From: Dicyema japonicum
Lineage: Eukaryota; Animalia; Dicyemida
Assembly: GCA_011109175.1 (NCBI GenBank)
Contig: RDEW01000144.1
Span: forward strand, 1-37,674
Reading direction: 5' to 3'
Length of the DNA stretch: 37,674 nucleotides
Positions 23,130-34,040 of the stretch are shown piece after piece. A program made the translations under genes and the position numbers. The notes under the pieces are model-generated. The model saw only the letters and a list, made by a program, of their open reading frames with translations, made no database searches and was not told the origin of the DNA. Position 1 is the first letter of the stretch. Each line of letters starts with the position of its first letter.

Positions 23130-23801
23130 TCACATATACAATCTTCACACGGACAGAAAAGAAAACATACACTTGATTTGAACATTTTTGGAGACTCCTT
23201 ACCACTACAGACTCGTCCAACTATCCTGGGAGTGATATTTGACCCTTTGATGTCATTTTCTCAACATGTGAAGAACGTTATGACAAAGGGTCTCAGGAAA
23301 CTTAATATTATCAAACCGCTCTTGAAGTCCAAACCTCACAGGAATGCGGCCCTCGTCGTGTTCAATCAACTCCTAAAACCGACGATTGAGTACGCCTGTG
23401 CCTCATGGGCCTATGGAGCTTCGATATCAAATTCACTCAAGATCAATACCCTAATTGGAAAACTAGCACGTCAAACAAATCTACCCCCCGATCTTTTCCC
23501 TCCAATGCTTGACCACGCCGCAATCAAAAATAATGGCTCCGGCTTCATCTGTCTGTGTGGCCAAGAAACAAGTCGTTTCTTCCATTCAAGGCTGAAGGCT
23601 TCAAATACACGAAATTTGGGGAAAAACCCCACTCCTCTTCAAACCCTAATGAAAGATGATCGTCGTTTATTCAGGAAAGCCGTGGGTACTCTGGAGGAAC
23701 ACAGGAAAAACCTCTCGATCCTGTTGAGGCGTACCGGGATCACTTAATTAGTTGGATTACTCCTTCTTTCTTGTGTTCCCTTTTCGGGGTTATTAAATAA
23801 A
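23130..23801 (+). mobile_element. Young 5'-truncated Jockey/I-group LINE copy with an open ORF2 C-terminus
   Basis: ORF 23178..23747 (189 aa): ILGVIFDPLMSFSQHVKNV...RKLNIIKPL...LKPTIEYACASW...EEHRKNLSILLRRTGIT*, followed by a TAAA tail. Confidence 0.9.
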
Positions 23802-23814
23802 NATGGGTGTTCTC

Positions 23815-24112
23815 CGCCGCAATCAAAACTAATGGCTCCGGCTTCATCTGTCTGTGTGGCCAAGAAACAAGTCGTTTCTTCCATTCAAGGCTAAAGGCTT
23901 CAAATACACGAAATTTGGGGAAAAACCCCACTCCTCTTCAAACCCTAATGAAAGATGATCGTCGTTTATTCAGGAAAGCCGTGGGTACTCTGGAGGAACA
24001 CAGGAAAAACCTCTCGATCCTGTTGAGGCGTACCGGGATCACTTAATTAGTTGGATTACTCCTTTCTTGGTGTTCCCTTTTCGGGGTTATTAAATAAATA
24101 ATAAATAAATAA
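23815..24112 (+). mobile_element. 298-bp 5'-truncated copy of the same LINE with a 12-bp TSD
   Basis: Near-identical to 23516-23801 (2 substitutions plus an indel region). Flanked by ATGGGTGTTCTC at 23803-23814 and 24113-24124. (TAAA)n tail. Confidence 0.8.
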
Positions 24113-24229
24113 ATGGGTGTTCTCGACTGATATCAAATTTATTAAAAACTTAAGAGTAATATATAAATATAATGGATTATTTTTTTAGAATTCGTAAGTT
24201 TATTAATCAAAAAATAAATATTTAATTCC

Positions 24230-24760
24230 CGCAAACATTATTGATGCTGCGTTTTCCTTCTGGACCACTATGGAGATCAACTGGATGAGCCATTATTCCT
24301 GTTGTCTTGACAGCAATCGTACGGAAAGCATATCGAATTATAAATTTATCGTTGTGGTTAATAATCGTATTGAGGAAAGGTGAGAAACATTACCAAATTA
24401 CCTATTCACTAATAATGATTAAGGAAAAACCCTAATTATGTAGACGCAGGAAATCTGGAATTTTCCTACAACAAGGAATCTCAACCAATCATCAGTGACC
24501 ATTCTTCTAAGACCCTATATGGGCAATTATGTTAAAAACGACATTAATGTTTAATGGAGTGCTCAAATGATGACTCTGTCAAAGCCAGATATATGAGAAT
24601 GGCTTGGGGAGGACTGCCGCTAATTATGAAGGGCTTCAATGTCCGTTTTAGTAAGACAATTATATAGGCAATTCAAGAACACAGTCAATAATAGTCAGGA
24701 AGAGTACATCTTGAGGTTATTAAAAAAATTCGAGCTGAAAACAATTAACGTGAAATTACA
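24230..24760 (+). mobile_element. Possible MULE transposase remnant
   Basis: CCVF../PLWRSTG (cf. GC.FH..Q.LWR) and later GGLPLIMKGFNVRFSK (cf. GLPRTNN..EG.H.RF) occur in the expected order. Many stops. Confidence 0.35.
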
Positions 24761-24839
24761 AATTTTGGAAAAATCATTTTTTTAGAATTCGAATCTCCAA
24801 ACTGAGATCGTCTATTCCACAAAATAGAAAAAATTCCTT

Positions 24840-27125
24840 ATCAATCCTGGAATCGCTGATACGTTGTGGCTTCTACATTGGATCGAACAAAATCATTTGT
24901 GAGTGGATGAAGAGGCGCCCTCTTATCTGCTACAATTTCGAACGAATTGGTCATATCGCCCCACATTGCAAGGAGAAGAAAAGGTGACCCAAGTGTGGAG
25001 GGGAACACGACCAAACGTGGAGACAAATTGTGGAGGAGAAGACATAATGGCCGTTACAGTGGATGTCCTGCTATGAAAGAGGCATCCAAGAAAATTATTC
25101 CCATACAGACAGTCTAGAAAGGAGAAGATCAAACCAACACAAGAGATAAATTGGACAAATATATCACATTTTCAGGGTGGGACGGTGGAGCGGAGCGGTA
25201 CAAAAAAACTTATGCAGTGCAAATCAGAAGTTTCCGAGACGGTATCTCGAGAAGCGGTGAAGCAAACACAAGAGATGATGAGGACCAATATATCACATAC
25301 TCAGGATGGGTCAGTGGAGAGGAGTGCTACACGGAAACTTGAGCAGAGGAAGGCAGGAGTTTCCGAGACGGTGTCTCGGAAACTAAATGAAATTATCGCT
25401 CTTCTGAACAACCTAGGTACACTGCTGAGAGTGGATTTATGGAGTCTGGTGGACCTGGCTGTGGAGAGCGCAGGACAACAACAAAAACTATGTAATTTGA
25501 AAATAGTGCAGATGAATGCCCGCTCCTTGGTGAAAAGGCATGATGAACTATCGCTTTTTGCGATGAATGCCAAGGTGGATTTCATGGCTGTCAACGAAAA
25601 TTAAACACGGATAAAAGTATAATATAAAAGGATATGATTTGGTGGACAATCCATGGAAAGATAGAGAAGTGACTGGAACCTCGATCTTTTTTCATAAAGA
25701 ATTGCAAACACGGAACGACTGTATTGTGTTGGAAGACGACTCGGAATTCGTGTCCGTTGATGTACAATGTGGAGGGACATGGATAAGAGTGAGAGGGCTA
25801 TACTCTAAGGACCTGAATTCTAAGAATACGAGCTACGGATGTAGGAAAAAAATGAGGAACATAATAATGTGTAACAATATCCAGGAAATGTTTAAAAAAT
25901 TTTTTGTCGAGTTGAAACTTATTTCCATCGACCTGGAAAAGGTCGATTGTTCGGATGATTGGAAAGAAAGGAAAATCAAGATCTAATCCAGAAAATTATA
26001 GACCAATTAGTCTTATTTGTTCAACTTCAAAAATTATGAAGAAAATTGTCTTCAATATATTATCAAAAGTGGTTGAGGAAAACAATTTTCTTGCAAACAA
26101 TCAGTGAGGGTTCCGTAAAAATAGATGAACTGAAGACTGCATCTGGGAACTTAGAAAGTCAATTCAAGAATCTATAAGTAAGAAAGAATACCATACTGCA
26201 ACGTGTTTGGACATATCCAAGGGTTTTGACAGTGTCTGGCATGAAAGACTTCTAGAGAAATTGTCAAAGGCGAACATTGGAAAGTCGGCGCTCATGCGGA
26301 GTAGAGACTTCCTTATGGGAAGAGAGTCTTATATTCGTGTGGGAAATATGCTCTCTAAAAAGATAAAACTAAGTAGAGGTGTTCCACAAGGTTCAATTTT
26401 GAGTCCCCTCCTCTTCAACTGTATAAGGAGCGAGGTACCAAAACCGGAACACATCAATACCAAAATCATAATTTATGCAGACGACATTCTAATTTTGGAC
26501 ACTAGTATAAATATATCAATATCATGGAAAAGAACAGTAGCTGTAACCTGGATATCAAGAAAAAAAGTTCTGTAACCTGGATAGCGAGAAATAGGAGGAA
26601 TCAATATGTTGATACAGGGAATTCTCGGAAAACCTGATATACATTGGAGTATGAATTAACAAAAAAGGATCGTTTAAAGAGCACATCAAAATACGAAGAG
26701 AGAAAGCTACAGGAATGCTCAAGTCCATACTCGGCTTTCATTTGTCTCCAGGTACTTTTATGTTTGTCTACAAAACGTGTATTGAACTTTTCCTAATATA
26801 TGGATATCAAGGTTGGTTTAAAACAGAGGAGGAATCAGACCTACTAACTAAATTAGAAAAGACAAGAAGGTATGCAATTAAACTTGCACATGGATTGGAT
26901 TTAGCATCTGAAATTGATGACGAATACGAAAGAAAAACGAGAAGAATCGGTGATTTATTACATTGCTTGTGGAAACTCGTATTGTAATTGGGGCTTTTTA
27001 CGGAGAAGAGACATACGGTGTCTCATGAGAGTGTCCCGATATAGACGACCCCAAATCTTGGCTTTCCTCTTTAGTTAATCTTGACTCTTACCTTGTTTAG
27101 TTAGTTGGGGTTTTACGAATAAATT
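24840..27125 (+). mobile_element. Near full-length but decayed, internally deleted Jockey/I-group LINE (ORF1 zinc knuckles, APE, RT, 3' UTR)
   Basis: CYNFERIGHIAPHC, *PKCGGEH and NCGGE..Y.GCP knuckles (24925-25075); APE start LKIVQMNARSL (about 25497); NYRPISLI; DISKGFDSVWHERLL; GVPQGSILSPLLFN; IYADD. Confidence 0.92.
25136..25390 (+). repeat. In-frame tandem duplication, period 129 bp (43 aa), in the LINE ORF1 C-terminal region
   Basis: AACACAAGAGAT starts at 25136 and 25265. The units translate as TQEINWTNISHFQGGTVERSGTKKLMQCKSEVSETVSREAVKQ and TQEMMRTNISHTQDGSVERSATRKLEQRKAGVSETVSRKLNE. Confidence 0.85.
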
Positions 27126-27424
27126 ATGTTATGTTGTATACGTTATGAAGAATCTACCAGTTTTCGATATAGTACAACTCTGAGGAATAACATTAGCTCC
27201 ATTAACGAAAATCAATTAGCGAATAAAGTATGGAGGAAATAGTGGTTGATATACAAAAACTAGTGTTTTGATCTGTAATACAAAAAGATCTCAGGATCCG
27301 ATCTGAAAAAACAAGTGCACCGGAAAAAATAAACGAGCTCAGCGCCAAGTGGGACAGTCCAAACAAAAATCAAACAAATACAAAAATTACTTGCCATAAA
27401 ATGAGTAGAAAGACAAATTTTCTA

Positions 27425-27652
27425 AAATATAAAACGGTCAAAATCCGTAGAGTCAGAAAATCGTAAATTCGATGTAATCGATGCCAAAAATAAAAACAAT
27501 TTGTCGAATATTCATCCCTAAAAACATAATCATGTGAAACGATACCCAGGAAATGTGTAAAACAGATTTGTATCGAAAAACAAATGAATTAATTGGTGGA
27601 CATTAATGTTAACCCCACTGAAAGAGAATCCAAATTTGAAGACATGTAAAAA
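27425..27652 (+). repeat. Dispersed repeat A, about 230 bp, with an inverted copy at 37442-37670
   Basis: Reverse-complement match with about a dozen differences counted by eye. Confidence 0.92.
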
Positions 27653-28190
27653 ATTATTAAATAAAATGTATTGAGAAAACTGACCGTAGAGGCTTTCTTC
27701 CAACAAGCATTAAACAATGAGAGGAGTGAGAAAGTAAATTCGAACCATACAATACCGCAAATAGAATGAACTAGACGGACGACAAATATCAGAAGAAATA
27801 CCTAACTTGATGGTCGATCATTTTCACTATTCTGTGTAGAAATAACTCTAATTTAAGTTGTATTATCCTGGATCGCTTTAAACAAAAAATATTCACTGGC
27901 ATGCTGTCACTAAAAGTATTTAGAAGTTAGACCTGGTAATTTCTACTTGTCTTCCGACTTGATCAATTATGAATATGTCATTAATGTTCAAAAAATCAAT
28001 AAAAAACTCCAAAATATGAAATTAAATTGGTAATATATAATAAATTTGACATTCACATAATTTCTTCATGATTAAAAGCTATATAATTAATTGATTAGTC
28101 AAGGATTTATTTGATAAAACTTTGATCAATCTTACACGTTCAATAATGAAGAAATGACAAAGAGACTAAAATATATACATGACCACAAGA

Positions 28191-28230
28191 GGCAATAAGA
28201 ACGTGTTTAATAAACTTTATTCTGCTGATA
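28191..28230 (+). repeat. Dispersed repeat B, 40 bp, with a direct copy at 37400-37439
   Basis: GGCAAT(A/G)AGAACGTGTTTAATAAACTTTATTCTGCTGATA, 39/40 identical. Confidence 0.92.
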
Positions 28231-28699
28231 GTTTGCCATATTAAAGTATAAATTTTAGATAATTTAATTAAATAACTTATTTTTATTTGACTTTTTTAAA
28301 CTTTATATTCATCGTGTTATTGATTAAAAGTTCATTTATGGCCCAATATTTTTTCCTCAGTTTAGCTACTTTATAAAAGATTTCTTGTCTTTTATCTTTT
28401 CTCGTTCCACAAGACTAGCGTCATTTTATTTAGTTATATTTTCGTCAGTGTATTTTAACAGTATTTGTAGAATTAAGTATATCCTCAAAGCCATACTTGT
28501 CTTACACGATCAGTATTTTCGATTTAACAAGCTTATTATAGTTTCTAAAAGTTTTAGAATCAAACATTTTTGGTACTTTAGAACCAACATCGATATAAAC
28601 CAAAGATTTGTTTACTGTCCTTCGATTTTAGTGTGTGATTTTTTAACGATTGAAGTGAAAGGATTCTATTAAGATATTATAAAATAAGGTAGTCGGCCT

Positions 28700-29020
28700 A
28701 TCCGATATGATGACGTCACCTTTAGCTACAATGTCTTTATAGATCTAAATTGAGAATACTCCACCCCGCATCAAAATATCCACGATGGGGTATCAACGAA
28801 CGCGATTTGAACCCTTGGATTAACAGGTTTCTGAATAGTTCTTCACCGAACATCCATGCTAGCGAAAATTCGGATGAAATAGCGCGCCTTCGCTGTGGTA
28901 ATAAATGGGTCTCTGTGCATGCTTATTTAAGACCTGGCAGGCAGTCATCACTTTCCCCTCTATGATCGCCTATTGACCGCCGGACAAATTAATTGGTTAA
29001 CTGATCCGAATGTTGAGGTG
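28700..29020 (+). mobile_element. Possible decayed APE endonuclease fragment
   Basis: IDLN, KYPRWG..ERDLNPWIN and GSHHFPL resemble GDxN, H..WG and SDH.P in the expected order, across frameshifts. Confidence 0.3.
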
Positions 29021-30269
29021 GTGAATTAATTATGGTCTACTGTATCATAGTAATACTACACTAAATGGCTTCATTTATACTTTTACTCACTTTTTAACAG
29101 AACCGGGAGACATCAGAAAACAGTTTTTAGAAATAAGGAAGCATGATATATCTAATTTCTGTGTTCTAAACACATCTGGGTTAGATTCAAAAAATTGGAT
29201 TGAGGAGGATCAAGGGAATTGATGGTAATATTTTTAATGGTATTGTTGGGGGTTTTATTGATACTGTTAATTTAACCCTAACGGTTATTAACCTTAGAAT
29301 TCGTCCAAACCGTTCATAAAACACGGAGTAATATCTGGTGACTAGTCATAACGGAAAACCAACAGTTTGTGCATTAAATTTGAAAACTCAAAGAAATCGT
29401 TAATCGGCGAAATAAGTCGCACATGAATCTTTGAAAACACAAGTAGTCATGCTTTGTGAGTGTGTTGTAAAATGGGCAAATAACGAGTGTTGTCAAATGG
29501 AAGTTGTTGTTCCTACAAGACCTTTTTATGAACTGGCAGAATTAGAAACCTTATTTTAACCAGCCGAACAAAAAAGTTAAATAATTTGCGAAATATAATT
29601 TACTTTATAATAAATTATCAATTTGACGCCTATTCAGTTAACAATTTACCCATCATGTTTTCTTGACAATCAGAGGACACCTCCGATTTCTGCACAGAAC
29701 CAAATAAACCTGTTGGATCTCTGGGAACATCTGTTTTTTGCTGTTAAGTACTTGATAGCCAGAGGTTTTCTTCGCTCGAAGAAACATATGTTAAATAAAC
29801 AAATATTCACCTTTCCTCTTATAAGGAAAATAATAAACGATCCATTTGACCTCCTCTGTTTCCTTTTCAATTAAACTGAGTAGTCAGTTACGCCAATTGG
29901 ATATATATGATTTTGTAGTTTGATGTTTTGGTTCTTAAACAGAGAATTAAGAATATAATAATATATTCACTCGATAAAGAATCTCATTCACATGGAACTT
30001 AACCACGTGTTTATTGGTTGAAGTAATGACATGCTTCTGTTTTTCCCCAGAAAAATTATGTATTTATTATGATAAGTTTCAAACTCCTTGTTCATCATCG
30101 CCACATACAACGTTTGAGGCTTCTCATCTCTATTCAAGAGGTAGCAACTATCTGAAGATCTTTCACGTTACAAAATTGACATCTGCTGCTTACAAAAGAC
30201 AAAAAGTACCCTTGGATACGAAGGAACCTTTGGACACTACTGGATTATCTTACTCCCATTAGACAATCG

Positions 30270-31030
30270 TCATTATTATTATTATTATTATTTAAGCCAA
30301 AGAAACACCGTCTTAACCAATAACTAATATTCAGGTGATCCCAGCATCTCTCAATAATCGGGCCATTTTTTCTCGATGCTCCGACCGTGATCCCACGCAT
30401 TTTCTACACGGACGGGAAGTCTTTTTTCTTTCCTCTTCTGAAATTGCCTCCAGTTGCCTCTATGATAGACTCGAGTGCTCTGGGGGCAATTTCTTTATCT
30501 GTATATTTTTCCAGTAATTTTTTTGCTCTTGACTGGATCTCTTGAATTTTTGTTAGGTTCGTTGCCGACAGGTTAGATCCCCATGCAGCACATGCATAGC
30601 CTATTGTTGGCTCGACATACTGCTTGTAGAGGGTCCCAATACCTGGCAGATAAATTCCTCCACAGTTCCAAAGGAAGGCCTATACAAAATTGATCTTCTT
30701 TGCACAGGTTGATATGATAGATTCTACATGGGCTGAGAAGCAGAGGAAAGTATCAAAAGTTACTCCCAGTATCTTCTGCGATTTCTTTTGTGATATAGGT
30801 ACTCCATTTAACGTGACATCAATTGTTTGCGTTCCTATCTTTCTATTCTTAGTAAATAGAGTGACTACTGACTTTTCGGAACATGCATTTAATCGATTTT
30901 CACACAACCATCCAAATATGTTATTTAGTATTCTTTGTAGTCTTCTTTTAGCATGTTCGACATTTACGTCTCTAGATGCAACAACTATGTCATCGGCATA
31001 AGAAAGTAGCATGTCATTATTATTCATGAC
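30270..31030 (-). mobile_element. 5'-truncated Jockey/I-group LINE (YADD to 3' end, (TAA)n tail)
   Basis: ORF 30680..31027 has SYADDIVV and KILGVTFD. The frameshifted tail ends SEHREKMARLLRDAGIT*. (TAA)n lies at about 30272-30293. Confidence 0.9.
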
Positions 31031-31099
31031 ATGCTACTTGACATGTTATGCTTGGAGACCCTCGTCAATTTCCAATAAAAGAGTTTCTTCATTCGTAGG

Positions 31100-32235
31100 T
31101 TTTAAATCCTCAGGAACTTAGGCGATCATACACAGAGGATACTGCACTTTCCAAACATATTCGGGAGAACATAAGAATTTACAACAGTCTATTACACTTA
31201 CATCGTTTGGAGTAACATTACGTTTATTGACGAATCTAGTCTAAGAATAATTCAAATCCTTTTATCTAACACAGAGCTCCTTGTGAGAGTTGAAATAACC
31301 TACTCAAGAAAATTTGAAACAAACACAGGCACTCCTCAAGGAGATTCCCTTTCTCCGCTACTATTCACAATATACATGGAGGCCGCTATGAGGGAATTGA
31401 GACCATTATACCAAGGAAAAATAGAAGAAGTGATTTATGCTGATGATGTCGGCCTAATTTCTGAAGACAAAGGACTTCTGGAGTATGTACTAGAAAAAGA
31501 ACCAGATATACTTTGGAAATGGTTTCTCACCGTGAACAGAGAAAAAACAGAACGGACAGAGATAAGACGAATGAACAACTCACTCGAAAAAAATGGAGAC
31601 ACATAAAGAAACTTGGCTCTCTACTAGGAGATAGCGAAGACATCATACGGAGAAAAACATTGGCAAATGCGGCATTACAAAGGATGAAAAATTTTTGGCT
31701 AAACGGAAAGAGTATAACATAAAATAAAAGATTATGTTATACGACATCTTCATCAAACCAATTCTACTATACATCTCTGGGACCTGGGCCACCTCTAAAG
31801 AGGAATTGGAGAGGCTAGACTCATTTCACAGGAATCATCTAAGAAACATAACTGGAATGTCCTGGCCATCCAAAATTTCGCGGAATGAACTGTACAATAA
31901 GTGTGACTGTACACCATTAAGTCACGAGATCATTGAAAACTTTTTGGACGCGTCCTGAGGTTGGACCCGATGTCCCCTTTGAATATCGCAATGGAAGATT
32001 ACCACTCCTCCTATGTAAAACGCTTTCGTGGAAGACCGAGAACTACCCTCCCAGTCGTTCTACAATCTGAAAGCCGTGAAGAAAACATTGGCATCTGGTG
32101 ACGATCTGGACTCACTGAGGGACCTAGCAAAGAACATAAGAGCTTGGAGCAACCTAACTAATTCTCTTATATTTTTTGCTACACATGCGAGGCTATAAAT
32201 ATTATGGCTCTCGTGAAAGTGCTAATAATAATTAT
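31100..32235 (+). mobile_element. RTE-like non-LTR retrotransposon, RT and C-terminus with TAA-type tail
   Basis: GTPQGDSLSPLLFTIYME, IYADD, KKLGSLLG, IKPILLY..GTW, FHRNHLR and FRGRPRTTLP, then a TAATAATAATT tail at about 32223. Confidence 0.9.
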
Positions 32236-32284
32236 TATTTGGATGACTAGGAAATTTTGTCCACTTTGTTTAGAAGTATTGGGA

Positions 32285-32900
32285 AATACTGTTCCTTTAG
32301 CCGTCATTCATAAGTTGCCTGGCTGAACGCCTATCCATGTGGCGAAATTGGCAACCTGTTAGATGATGAAGCAGTGAGAGTAGCCACCTCGCCATGTATT
32401 GTCTTACGATTTGTGCGAATCAAAATGTCGCTGTGAACGTTTAATGGACCTATATTTCTACCATCCACTATATTGCAGGTTGAGCGCTGTCTGTTTCCCA
32501 AAGTATATCTGTCTCAACGTGATATTGAAAAACGTACTTTTAACCATTGCATTTCGAAGCAGACTGTTCTCTTGGGGCGATGACAAACGGTCTGATAGGA
32601 TGACAGCATTCCCTTTTGGTAATAGTCGGAACCAGGTTTGGGACTCTAAGTTTTTTGATACGTACTCTCTGAAAAATTTGGTTGCTTCAGTCTCAGACAC
32701 AGGTCTAAGCAAGCTGAAGATCAAAAGGGAAGGAAGCACCGAAGCATTTTGGAAGATCACTTTTCGTTGCTGCTGAGGCGATAGCAATTCTTGACCAATA
32801 GGCGGACGATCGTAATGATCCAATAAAGGCAGGATGGCTTCGAGAAGATTTTTCGATAGCTATTGTCAGAAGAAACAGTCTAGCAATCCAAAAACCTTAG
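32285..32900 (+). mobile_element. CRE-like fragment including the CCHC zinc finger and a decayed RLE
   Basis: AWLNAYPCGEIGNLLDDEAVRVA, CRCERLMDLYFYHPLYC and DDKRSDRMTAFPF...VWDSKFFDTYS. Confidence 0.8.
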
Positions 32901-32999
32901 ATTTACTTTGTGGTATATTATAGTCATTTATTAAAGTCACAAGTCCGAAGAATATGTTCAAATTTAACTATTACGGATTATTCATATCACCAGAAACTA

Positions 33000-34040
33000 T
33001 TCTCGATAGAAAATCATGAATTAACTGACGGAATTGTAAACACAGTTAACTTCACCTCAAAAGAAATAACCGACATTTAATATTCAAGACAAGAAGTTTA
33101 CGATCAAATAGTGAATTAGCGAAATTTAACACACAGACCATTCTCATATAAATGGCAAACTCACAAGCTCTTATTCTTCCATAAAGTATATTTGTCAAAA
33201 TTTCTCCAATTTTTGTACCTGATGAAATTCGACGCTTAAATTCCGTCATTTCTACAATCCACAAAAGAAATGGGGTCCAATAAGATTTATTTATCAAGAG
33301 TAGACCACTTAACCTTCGGGTCAATAAACCACATTGTTATCCGTTATTTAACATTAGAGACATAAGAATCTCGGTGGCTCAAGTAACTTCACTGTGAATT
33401 GAAGAAGTCAAAAAGCAGAAAGGAAATCTTTCGACCAGAAGGCATATATTGTTGTTCCCTTGCGATGAGGGGAAAGAACTCACTGCAATAAGAGCTGCAA
33501 AAGACAGCACTACAACTAGGATATCTGCTACAGATTTTCTNNNNNNNNNNNNNNNNNNNNNNNNNNNNNNNNNNNNNNNNNNNNNNNNNNNNNNNNNNNN
33601 NNNNNNNNNNNATCTCGAATTAATGTTTATGCACGGATACATTAAAATCATGCTTCTTATTGTATTTTTAAGCTTTTCAAGGTCAACAAATTTAACAACT
33701 GCCCATGCGTTTCGTAGAGTCTCACAGGGATCGATTCTTAGCTCTATGCAATTTGACATCATGAGAGCATACCTCCCAATGTCATGACGTCAGAACATGA
33801 GGACGTTGATTTACGTAAACGAAGCATTTTATTGGAGACTTTTAAATAAGGGTTGACGTAGAAAATTTAACAACTGCCCATGCGTTTCGTAGAGTCTCAC
33901 ATGGATCGATTTTTAGCACTATGCAATTTGACATCATGAGAGTATACCTCCCAATGTCATGACGTCAGAACATGAGGACGTTGATTTACGTAAACGAAGC
34001 ATTTTATTGAAGACTTTTAAATAAGGGTTGACCTAGAAAT
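33000..34040 (+). mobile_element. Decayed LINE RT spanning the assembly gap, with a 175-bp tandem duplication (33688-33862, 33863-34037)
   Basis: ISTIHKRNG...SRPLNL before the gap, and RVSQGSILSSMQF and LIYVN after it. Confidence 0.45.
33541..33611. other. Scaffold gap, 71 N
   Basis: Read directly from the sequence. Confidence 1.

Noticed and set aside
29101-29910. Long plus-strand frame broken only by TAA/TAG, suggesting a TAR=Gln genetic code
   Set aside because: The read-through peptide has no motif I recognise, and such TGA-free runs are expected occasionally in AT-rich DNA. Homologous LINE ORFs end at the same position with TAA or TGA interchangeably, and conserved Gln in the TE proteins uses CAA/CAG.
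33688-34037. 175-bp tandem duplication of an RT fragment
   Set aside because: It lies within 80 bp of a gap in an assembly that shows duplicated contig ends, and it has no TSD or other structure. It cannot be distinguished from a gap-filling artefact.
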